Below, one piece after another: positions 57,143 to 64,000 of a DNA stretch of 64,000 nucleotides. The stretch lies in the IMG/VR virus record IMGVR_UViG_3300003316_000080, positions 1 to 64,000 of that record; one strand, 5' to 3'. The position numbers and the translations under genes are program-made. The stretch is from a virus. The notes beneath the pieces are model-generated. The model saw only the letters and a program-made list of their open reading frames with translations. It did not search any database and had not been told where the DNA came from. How positions within the stretch are numbered: the stretch's first letter is position 1; every line of letters starts with the position of its first letter.

Positions 57143-59227
57143 ATGGCGACCAATGAATTTCTGCCCTTTGCCACAGACGCTGGCGCCGAGGTTGATACTC
57201 AGGCTGTGTGGGCTTCTCCTAGTGGTTACCGCCCGGTAGGTTATGGACCTGGGATTCTGACGAAAGAAAAGCTGAACAAGGCTCTTCGTCAGAGCACCTC
57301 TATCGCCTCTGCCGTCGCTCAATTGATGGCAGAGAACCTGCCCAGTGAAGACATCCTGGATAACGGTGACATCAACACGTTGGTGGACCAACTCTCGCGG
57401 GCTGTGATCACCGGTACATTCCTGAGTGGCACTGCCAGCACGCAGGGCTCGAACGCCGTTGGCACGCGTCAGAACTTGGCAGGGGCTGTCGATCGCACAC
57501 AACATGAAAAGAACGCCGACTTCATCAGCGTGAAGGATTTCGGTGCTGTTGGTGACGGTGTGCACGATGACACGACGGCTTGCGTGGCCGCAGCCACGGC
57601 CGCTCTTGCAGTTGGAGCGGGTCTGTATTTTCCAGACGGCCGCTATTACATCAACGGACTTTTCAGTGTCCCGAACAAAGTATCTTTGTATGGGTCTGGT
57701 AAGACTACCAGCGAGATCCAGTTCGGTTCCTCTGGAAGCCTTCGTGTGGTCGGCACATCACCCAGCTACGTGGGGCGTTTGTCTATCAGTCGACTAGGCT
57801 TGACCAATCAGGGCGCGGGTTCCCCCTTCGGCATTCAGTTCACGTATGCGACTCGCATCACGATGTACGACTGTGTCGTCTATAACACCAGCATTCAACT
57901 GTCTGCGTTCTCGTACATCACCTTTGAAAACTGTGACCTGTTTGGTGGCAGCATTCAAGGCGACCACCCCACAGTCAACGAGATCAGTGAAGCACTGAAG
58001 ATCATCGGCTGCAACGGCAGCAACTTTGCGATTAACGTGAAGGACACTGCCGACGTTCTCGTGTCACGTACACATCTGCTTGGGCCCACCTCACAGATCA
58101 TGATCCAGCGTGGCGAGCAAAACAGCGCGTTTTACCCACCTGTACAGATTGCCAATTGCATTGTGGATTCTGGTGATGATGAAGGCATTTATCTGATTGG
58201 CGTTGCGCCAAGAATTTCGGATACCTTCGTCAGCAGTGGTCGCACCAACCTGAAGTCAGGTGTGCGCTTGAATGATTGCATTGAAGGCAGCTTGATCGGT
58301 GTTACGGCGCGCTTTTGCGGCAATCATGGTCTGCATGTTGGCTTCAGCAAGCAGATCAAGGTTTTGGGGGGCCATTTTGACGACAACAAGGTGTCGGGTG
58401 TGCGTATCGGTGATTCGTCAGATCTGACTTTCATCGGCAATACGATGATGAACCAGCCATCGTGGTTCGGTGGTAGCTACCCACAGGTAAACGGCATCAC
58501 GGATGAGCCCTCGAACTGCACGAACATCACATGCATCGGAAATCAGACGGTGGGCAACACGAGTGCTCAGGTGTACCTGCCGTCTGCTACCAACATCATC
58601 CACAGCAACGTCGGATACAACGAAGGTCGCCTGACCTGTGATAGCTGGCGCAACAACACGGACAATGCGGCGTCTCTTGGGACTGCCGGCGCTAGATACA
58701 CCGTGGTGCATGCGGTCAGTGGCACCATCAACACGTCAGATGCCAATGAAAAGCAGGATATCGAAGATATTCCTGTGGAGTGGTTAGAGGCATGGTCCTC
58801 CGTAAGGCGTGTGCGCTTCAAATGGAAGGACGCTGTGCAGAAGAAAGGCACCGGTGCCCGTTGGCACATCGGTCTGATTGCACAAGAGATCTGGGAGGCT
58901 TTCGCCGCTCGCGGTATCGACGCGTTCGAGATTGGTCTTCTGTGTTATGACGCGTTCGAAGAAGTACCAGAGCGCACGGTGGAAGTGCCTGAAATCCCGG
59001 CACTCGTCATCGAGCACCCAGAAGTTCCTGAAGTGCTGGATGAAGACGGCCGTGTCATACAAGAATACAAGCCAGGATGGCACGAAGTGGTCGAAGAAGC
59101 GCAGCCAAGCCGTGTAGTAGTCGTCCAGGAGTACAAGCCTGCTGGTGGTCGCTATGGTGTGCGTTACGAAGAGGCTGAGGCACTAGAGGCCGCTTGGGTT
59201 CGCTGGAAATTGGAATCTCTTCAGTAA
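57143..59227 (+). CDS. tailspike, right-handed beta-helix (pectate-lyase-like) with C-terminal intramolecular chaperone domain
   Basis: ISVKDFGAVGDGVHDDTTAC; C-terminal SDANEKQDIEDIP (S74-like); N-terminal ~50 aa similar to preceding fibre. Confidence 0.65.
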   Translation: MATNEFLPFATDAGAEVDTQAVWASPSGYRPVGYGPGILTKEKLNKALRQSTSIASAVAQLMAENLPSEDILDNGDINTLVDQLSRAVITGTFLSGTASTQGSNAVGTRQNLAGAVDRTQHEKNADFISVKDFGAVGDGVHDDTTACVAAATAALAVGAGLYFPDGRYYINGLFSVPNKVSLYGSGKTTSEIQFGSSGSLRVVGTSPSYVGRLSISRLGLTNQGAGSPFGIQFTYATRITMYDCVVYNTSIQLSAFSYITFENCDLFGGSIQGDHPTVNEISEALKIIGCNGSNFAINVKDTADVLVSRTHLLGPTSQIMIQRGEQNSAFYPPVQIANCIVDSGDDEGIYLIGVAPRISDTFVSSGRTNLKSGVRLNDCIEGSLIGVTARFCGNHGLHVGFSKQIKVLGGHFDDNKVSGVRIGDSSDLTFIGNTMMNQPSWFGGSYPQVNGITDEPSNCTNITCIGNQTVGNTSAQVYLPSATNIIHSNVGYNEGRLTCDSWRNNTDNAASLGTAGARYTVVHAVSGTINTSDANEKQDIEDIPVEWLEAWSSVRRVRFKWKDAVQKKGTGARWHIGLIAQEIWEAFAARGIDAFEIGLLCYDAFEEVPERTVEVPEIPALVIEHPEVPEVLDEDGRVIQEYKPGWHEVVEEAQPSRVVVVQEYKPAGGRYGVRYEEAEALEAAWVRWKLESLQ

Positions 59228-59238
59228 ACTTCTTACTG
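59222..59238. repeat. CAGTAAA-palindrome motif copy (CAGTAAACTTCTTACTG)
   Basis: contains stop codon of tailspike gene; followed by hairpin 59239-59257. Confidence 0.5.
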
Positions 59239-59275
59239 GGCCGCTGAAGTGGCGGCCTTTACACAAAGGGCGGAC

Positions 59276-59635
59276 ATGAGCCATAACAGCTTGGAGGAGC
59301 CTTTCCGTTTGGGCAATGTGCCTGACGGACTGGCTTCTGGGGAGGCCAAGATCCTTGCGCAGATGATCATTGCCGTTGATCGTCGGTGCGAGCAGACGCA
59401 CGAGGATCTGCCCGACATGATCTCAACCGCAGTGGCACGGCACCTGGAGGAGCGTGCATTGACGCCGGAGCAGCGGCAGTTCCTGCTGATGCTGATCAAG
59501 CGTGAAGAGCGACGCGATGCCCTGCGCAAGGCAGTGATCGAAAAGACGGTGACGGGTCTAATGTGGTCCCTCGTCGTGGCTGCAGGCGTCATCCTGCGGG
59601 AGTGGTTTCAATCTCACATGGGGAAGACGCCGTGA
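59276..59635 (+). CDS. membrane protein, holin candidate
   Basis: single C-terminal TM (VTGLMWSLVVAAGVIL); immediately upstream of endolysin. Confidence 0.35.
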   Translation: MSHNSLEEPFRLGNVPDGLASGEAKILAQMIIAVDRRCEQTHEDLPDMISTAVARHLEERALTPEQRQFLLMLIKREERRDALRKAVIEKTVTGLMWSLVVAAGVILREWFQSHMGKTP

Positions 59636-60420
59636 GCAAACTCGACGATGCCATCGCGCGACTGAATGCGCGGAACTTCAACTGGCCCATTCCCTGGGAG
59701 GTCGTCGAGACGATGGCCCGCAAGGAGAACTGCTTTCTGGTCGCGTATCTGTGCCCTGCCGGCGTGTGGACGTGCGGCTGGGGCGAGACAGAAGGTGTGA
59801 CGGCTTCGACGCGCTGGACGGCTGATCAAGCTGACCAGCGCTTCTTCGATTCCGTCAGCAAGTTCGCGGCCAAGGTGGAAGCGCTGTGTGCCGACGCACC
59901 TACCACACCGAACCAGCTGGGCGCCATGACCTCACTAGCGTACAACATTGGACTGGCCGGCTTCAGCACCTCGTCTGTGCTGAAGGCCCACAAGCGTGGA
60001 GAGAGTGCTGCTGCGGCCCGCGCCTTCTCCCTGTGGAACAAGATGCGTGTGGGCGGCAAGGGTCCGCTGGTGGAAGCTCGGGGCCTGACGGCCCGGCGCG
60101 CCATGGAAGCGGCGTTGTACCTCAAGCCCGAAGATGAAGCACCGGCCGAACTGACCAGTCAAGCCGTTGCTGACGAGAGCAAGCTGACAGCCTCGCCGAT
60201 CAGCCAAGCCGGTGCTGCCACGGCGGCCACAGGTGTCGCGGCGACGCTGGCCTCCGTGAACGATCAGGCATCGACGGTGCAGACGCTGACGTCGACGGTT
60301 GCCGGTATCGCGACGTCGATCGGTGTCCAGCCTGGGGTGCTGCTGGGCGCGGTGCTGGTGGGTGCCGGCGCTGTCACGTTGTACTGGCGCTACCAGCAGC
60401 GCAAGGGTGGCTGGGCGTGA
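59632..60420 (+). CDS. endolysin, GH24 (T4-lysozyme-like) with C-terminal hydrophobic helix
   Basis: ENCFLVAYLCPAGVWTCGWGET; C-terminal GVLLGAVLVGAGAVTLYW; GTG start overlapping upstream stop. Confidence 0.7.
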   Translation: MSKLDDAIARLNARNFNWPIPWEVVETMARKENCFLVAYLCPAGVWTCGWGETEGVTASTRWTADQADQRFFDSVSKFAAKVEALCADAPTTPNQLGAMTSLAYNIGLAGFSTSSVLKAHKRGESAAAARAFSLWNKMRVGGKGPLVEARGLTARRAMEAALYLKPEDEAPAELTSQAVADESKLTASPISQAGAATAATGVAATLASVNDQASTVQTLTSTVAGIATSIGVQPGVLLGAVLVGAGAVTLYWRYQQRKGGWA

Positions 60421-60932
60421 TCTCAGCGCTTCTTTGGCTTGGCGGCCGTGCACTGAAGGTGTTGGGAAGCATCCCTGTGTGGGCGTACGCTGCGGCGGCA
60501 CTCTTTGCCTGGGGTGCTTACGGCCACCACAAGGCTACGAGCGCCAAGCTGGAGGCCGTTCAGCAGGAAGCGCGGGCCGAAGCCAAGTTGCGTGAGCAGC
60601 AGGAGAGCAACAGAAATGACGAGTGGACACGGAACGAATCGAATCGACTCATCGCTGCCAGTCTGGCAAAAGCAAGGGAGCATAGTCGGGCTGTTGAGCG
60701 TGATGCTGCTGGCCGGATGCGGGCACTTGCCGCAGCCTGGGCAGCAAGTGCAGCCAGTGCGGGTGCCGCCTCCTGCGCCGCAGCTGATGGAACCCCCGCC
60801 GTCGCAGTCCTTCGTGACGACGTTAGAGAAGTGCTTGTCAGCAACGCGGCCGTCGCGGACGGATTGCGAGATCAAGTGAAGGGTCTGCAGGACTACGTCA
60901 CCAACGTATGCCGGCCCGCCAGCGCTCCTTAG
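60417..60932 (+). CDS. i-spanin (Rz-like)
   Basis: N-terminal TM IPVWAYAAAALFAWGAY followed by coiled coil; hosts embedded o-spanin. Confidence 0.6.
   Translation: MISALLWLGGRALKVLGSIPVWAYAAAALFAWGAYGHHKATSAKLEAVQQEARAEAKLREQQESNRNDEWTRNESNRLIAASLAKAREHSRAVERDAAGRMRALAAAWAASAASAGAASCAAADGTPAVAVLRDDVREVLVSNAAVADGLRDQVKGLQDYVTNVCRPASAP
60616..60879 (+). CDS. o-spanin (Rz1-like lipoprotein) embedded in +1 frame of i-spanin
   Basis: ATG 60616 with AGGAGAG SD; lipobox LLAGC; Pro-rich mature part. Confidence 0.6.
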   Translation: MTSGHGTNRIDSSLPVWQKQGSIVGLLSVMLLAGCGHLPQPGQQVQPVRVPPPAPQLMEPPPSQSFVTTLEKCLSATRPSRTDCEIK

Positions 60933-61543
60933 TACCAGCCCTCCAGGCCGAGTCGAGTTCGCTGCTCACTCGGTAGACGCGCCTGCCCATCGGTGTAGTC
61001 GCGCAGCAGCTCCCGGGCCCGCGACAGATCGACCAGATCCTTTTCCGTGCTCAGGATCTCAGTCTGCTTGCCTTCAATCTTCTGTTGTATCAGGCCGCCG
61101 ATCACGTTCTCGCCTGTCTCCTTGAGAAACCGCACAGACGACGCCTTGCGTGTCAGAAACGCGAGATCTTGTTGCAGATGCCTGATGGCTCGCTGGACCT
61201 GCGTGATGCGGTCAGCGATCACGATGTCCGTTGACTCGATCACGTCCATCAGGCCGGGCGCGTTCATGTTGGCCGTCAGCACAGCACTGACAGCGTTCAG
61301 CATCACCTCGCGAGCATCAGTGTCCTTGTCGACCTGCTCGATGCGCTTTTCTTCATCCCATAGTCGGCGCTTCTCCGCGTCGAGCAGGATGCGCGCTGCC
61401 TCGTTGATCTGAACCATCACGGCCGGGTCGCCGCCGCGATCCGGGTGATTGTCCCAAGCGAACTTGCGCCGGGCCTTCTTGATGTCGTCCAGGCTGCAAT
61501 TCTTGTCGAGTTGCAGGATGCGATAAGGGTCGAAGTTGTCCAT
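60929..61543 (-). CDS. J-domain (DnaJ-like) protein
   Basis: DPYRILQLDKNCSLDDIKKARRKFAWDNHPDRGGD with HPD motif. Confidence 0.75.
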   Translation of the reverse strand: MDNFDPYRILQLDKNCSLDDIKKARRKFAWDNHPDRGGDPAVMVQINEAARILLDAEKRRLWDEEKRIEQVDKDTDAREVMLNAVSAVLTANMNAPGLMDVIESTDIVIADRITQVQRAIRHLQQDLAFLTRKASSVRFLKETGENVIGGLIQQKIEGKQTEILSTEKDLVDLSRARELLRDYTDGQARLPSEQRTRLGLEGWY

Positions 61544-61545
61544 GT

Positions 61546-61962
61546 TCAGCTTCCGTAGTTCTTGATCAGATAGTCACGCAGCGCTTCATAGCCGGCCATC
61601 CACTGGCCGTCCGCGCATGCATCCCGATTGCTCTTCAGGAATTCTTGTGCCGTGGGGATGTGTGCTGGGATCGTCATGGTGCGCGGCATGTTCTGGGAAT
61701 AGCCCGTGCCGGACACAGACCCTAGGCCAACTACGGCCTTGCGCATAGGCACGCCCTTGGAGTCTTTGCTGGAGGACCCGTCTTCGATCATCCAGTGTCC
61801 CGTTGCTTTGGGCACGTTGTCGCGGGCCCATTTCCAGCCGTTAAGCCAGGATTGGCGTTGCCCGTCAAAGAAACGATCAAATCTTGACGGTGGTGCCTCA
61901 TGAATGCCCTTGCCAGCCCGATAGGCGTCCACGCCCTGCTGCCACAAACTGATGCTGTTCAT
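61546..61962 (-). CDS. protein with N-terminal ribosome-modulation-factor (RMF)-like domain
   Basis: GVDAYRAGKG ... QRQSWLNGWKWA aligns with E. coli RMF GYQAGIAG ... QRSQWLGGWREA. Confidence 0.45.
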   Translation of the reverse strand: MNSISLWQQGVDAYRAGKGIHEAPPSRFDRFFDGQRQSWLNGWKWARDNVPKATGHWMIEDGSSSKDSKGVPMRKAVVGLGSVSGTGYSQNMPRTMTIPAHIPTAQEFLKSNRDACADGQWMAGYEALRDYLIKNYGS

Positions 61963-62159
61963 GTCTCTTCCCTCAGTTGCCGCCGCTCACGCAGTTGATG
62001 CCGGCGCTTGCGTGCTTGTTGTGATTCCGCCCACAGCCAGCCGTTGGTCCACGACCAGCTAGGTCGTCCGTCTTGCTCCCGTGGGGCATCACCACGCCCT
62101 TCCCCACGCCGGAAGGCATCACAGCCCTCCTGCCAACGAGAGACGAAACGATTCACCAT
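61959..62159 (-). CDS. small RMF-like protein (paralog)
   Basis: GCDAFRRGEG ... RPSWSWTNGWLWA; tandem with previous gene. Confidence 0.4.
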   Translation of the reverse strand: MVNRFVSRWQEGCDAFRRGEGRGDAPREQDGRPSWSWTNGWLWAESQQARKRRHQLRERRQLREET

Positions 62160-62623
62160 GACTTCGGCGGCGGGATAGGGGTGTCGTCGTCCAAGGGCAC
62201 AAAGAACCTGACCGCCGCTGGATTCGTTGCTTTGTGGAAAGCTGCTGACATTTCTTTCTGAAGTTGATGCTCGAAGTTCTTGACCTCGTCATTCGCTTCC
62301 CGCGCCACGCTCTCAGGATCGAGCAGCATGCGAAGTTGTTGGTAGTGGCTGGAGTGGCGGATCACAGACGAGTCGTACATCAGGTCACGGGCACGGTTCA
62401 GGCGCGCTTGCAGTTCCACGTTGGCGTGGCGCAGCTTGCCTGATTCATGTGCTTCCGCCAGCCGCAGAGAGCGGCACTCAGCGTGGTGCGTGCGCTCCGT
62501 GTCCAGATCCGCCTGCACGATCGCGACTTGATCCTTCGCACACATCCAGCCTATGAACAGACCCACGATTGCCCCGAAAAGCATGAGGGTCACCATCGCT
62601 CCACCGATCATCCAGTCCGACAT
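62153..62623 (-). CDS. membrane protein with N-terminal TM and coiled coil
   Basis: ATG 62621-62623 about 30 nt downstream of promoter -10; MSDWMIGGAMVTLMLFGAIVGLFIGWM. Confidence 0.45.
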   Translation of the reverse strand: MSDWMIGGAMVTLMLFGAIVGLFIGWMCAKDQVAIVQADLDTERTHHAECRSLRLAEAHESGKLRHANVELQARLNRARDLMYDSSVIRHSSHYQQLRMLLDPESVAREANDEVKNFEHQLQKEMSAAFHKATNPAAVRFFVPLDDDTPIPPPKSW

Positions 62624-62647
62624 GTTGTTGCTCCAATGAGAAAGGGT

Positions 62648-62683
62648 GCAGAGATTATATACAAACCTCTGCACCCTCTACAA
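62648..62683 (-). promoter_or_regulatory. leftward sigma70-like promoter (TTGTAG-N18-TATAAT) with -10 inside 10-bp inverted repeat
   Basis: -10 = revcomp of 62654-62659; inverted repeat GGGTGCAGAG 62644-62653 / CTCTGCACCC 62667-62676; CAGTAAA motif 62684-62698 adjacent. Confidence 0.35.
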
Positions 62684-62698
62684 GAAACTTTTTACTGG
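62684..62698. repeat. CAGTAAA-palindrome motif copy (CCAGTAAAAAGTTTC, minus orientation)
   Basis: abuts stop codon of leftward gene and -35 of leftward promoter. Confidence 0.5.
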
Positions 62699-63148
62699 TC
62701 AGCGCAGGAACAGCACATCTCGTAGATACCTCATGACGTGTTCCTGTATCACATCGTTGTAGCAGTCCAGCACCACGTGTGAAAAGCGCAGGCCACGCAG
62801 CATGGCGAGATCTTCCAGGCGATCGAAGGCGAAGGCCATCATGACGTTGGTCAGGTCGCTCTTCCGAGTCACGATGATCGGGTTGCTGTTGCGGTTGAAG
62901 CTAAAGCCCTCCCCGGCCAGTAGTCCCGTCGCGACCATACGACGCAGGTGCTGCTTGCCTTGGATCAGGAGCAGCATTTGCTCAGGCTCCGCGTGCCTCT
63001 TGGTCTGTTGCTCCAGAGCCTTCGCCGCCCTTTCCAGCGCCTGGGCGGCTGCTTCCTTGTTGCCGACGGCGAGGTCATCGGAAAGGATGCCGACGGCCAG
63101 TGCTCGAACGAGTTCCGCGTCGGTCACTTGGTTCTTCGCTTCAGTCAT
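62699..63148 (-). CDS. hypothetical protein
   Basis: ORF track; stop directly abuts CAGTAAA motif. Confidence 0.45.
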   Translation of the reverse strand: MTEAKNQVTDAELVRALAVGILSDDLAVGNKEAAAQALERAAKALEQQTKRHAEPEQMLLLIQGKQHLRRMVATGLLAGEGFSFNRNSNPIIVTRKSDLTNVMMAFAFDRLEDLAMLRGLRFSHVVLDCYNDVIQEHVMRYLRDVLFLR

Positions 63149-63375
63149 GTCTTGATCTCCATATGATGCAGTTGGTTGTTGATGTCCTGAAGCTCTTGCT
63201 TGATGCGAGCGATCTTCTCTCTGGTGCGCGTGGCTTCATCAGTAGACCACCCGAGGGTGCGCATGCGATCACACGCCTTCTGCAGGGCCTGGAGATCCAA
63301 GGCCCGGTGAATGTCCGATCGGATGGACGCGTGGCGCTGTAGTTCAAGCGCACTCAGTTGCTGGATCTTGCTCAT
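63145..63375 (-). CDS. hypothetical protein (76 aa)
   Basis: ATG 63373-63375 with GGAAGGA SD; a 23-aa hydrophobic micro-ORF (63372-63443) lies immediately upstream. Confidence 0.4.
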   Translation of the reverse strand: MSKIQQLSALELQRHASIRSDIHRALDLQALQKACDRMRTLGWSTDEATRTREKIARIKQELQDINNQLHHMEIKT

Positions 63376-63493
63376 TGCTTTCCTTCCGATTTGATGATGA
63401 CCCACAGCACAACGATGCTGCCCAACAGAATCACCCACGACATATAGCTCTCCAGGCGTATGCGAAAGGAGGCGCACAGACCTCCTTGATGCA

Positions 63494-63982
63494 TCAGCCC
63501 ATGAACGGCTCCGGCTGCGACATCACCTCCCGATGACGACGCACGTGCTCTTCCAGGACCGCCAGCATGTTGGGAGCGATGTAGTTCACACCCTTGATCC
63601 ACTTGCCGTCAGGTGTCTTGTCGATCTTGCCGGTCGCCGGGTTCGCCTTGGAGGCGTTTCCGCGATTGGCTTCGACGAAGGCTTCGCGCCCAGGCACACC
63701 GGCCGCGAGAGAGAAGCCAGCTGTGACCACGGCAACGTCAGCGGCGCCGTCGATGATCTCTTTGAACATGGACAGAGGCGGGACCGTACTCCAATGGTCG
63801 GACACGCTTTCCAGCAGTTTGCGGATCTTCTTGGATTGATAGCCCATGTTCGATCGAACTTGCTCAATCGAGATCACTGCATCTCGCAGGGCCGGTGCTT
63901 CGTTTCCACACCTCGACGCCAGGATTGCCACCAGCGCTTCACCCAGTTCACTGGCTTCTTCCAGGATCAGTGCGTAGTACAT
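63494..63982 (-). CDS. mazG: MazG-like nucleotide pyrophosphohydrolase (may extend past right edge)
   Basis: LILEEASELGEALVA resembles MazG/HisE EExxE motif; frame stays open upstream of ATG 63982 to window end. Confidence 0.45.
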   Translation of the reverse strand: MYYALILEEASELGEALVAILASRCGNEAPALRDAVISIEQVRSNMGYQSKKIRKLLESVSDHWSTVPPLSMFKEIIDGAADVAVVTAGFSLAAGVPGREAFVEANRGNASKANPATGKIDKTPDGKWIKGVNYIAPNMLAVLEEHVRRHREVMSQPEPFMG

Positions 63983-64000
63983 CAGCGCACCCTTGTTGAT

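Overview
The window reads as one contiguous stretch of a high-GC tailed dsDNA phage or prophage genome with Mu/P2-like contractile-tail morphogenesis genes; no rRNA, tRNA, CRISPR array or integrase was seen. Layout: (1) 1-2371, leftward genes including a Gly/Tyr-rich repeat protein and an HTH DNA-binding protein; (2) 2482-22479, rightward replication/recombination module (5'-3' exonuclease, DnaB-like helicase, SNF2 helicase, primase, beta-clamp-like protein, family-A DNA polymerase with N-terminal UDG-like domain, DnaX-like clamp loader, gp32-like SSB, RecA-like, RuvC-like, SbcD, SbcC); (3) 23192-26852, a C5-cytosine methyltransferase and an N6/N4 methyltransferase whose ORF is interrupted by two HNH endonuclease cassettes; (4) 27021-28752, a leftward operon of small genes driven from a divergent promoter region; (5) 30984-59227, packaging and virion module (TerS, TerL carrying a mini-intein, accessory block, HNH, portal, MuF-like, scaffold, capsid, GIY-YIG endonuclease, sheath, tube, frameshifted chaperone, tape measure, baseplate V/W/J/I, tail fibre, beta-helix tailspike); (6) 59276-60932, lysis cassette with embedded spanins; (7) 60929-64000, leftward genes (J-domain protein, two RMF-like proteins, MazG-like). 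A palindromic motif CAGTAAA-N-AGTT-CTG recurs at nine gene junctions. All calls rest on reading the sequence and translations by eye; no database search was run.
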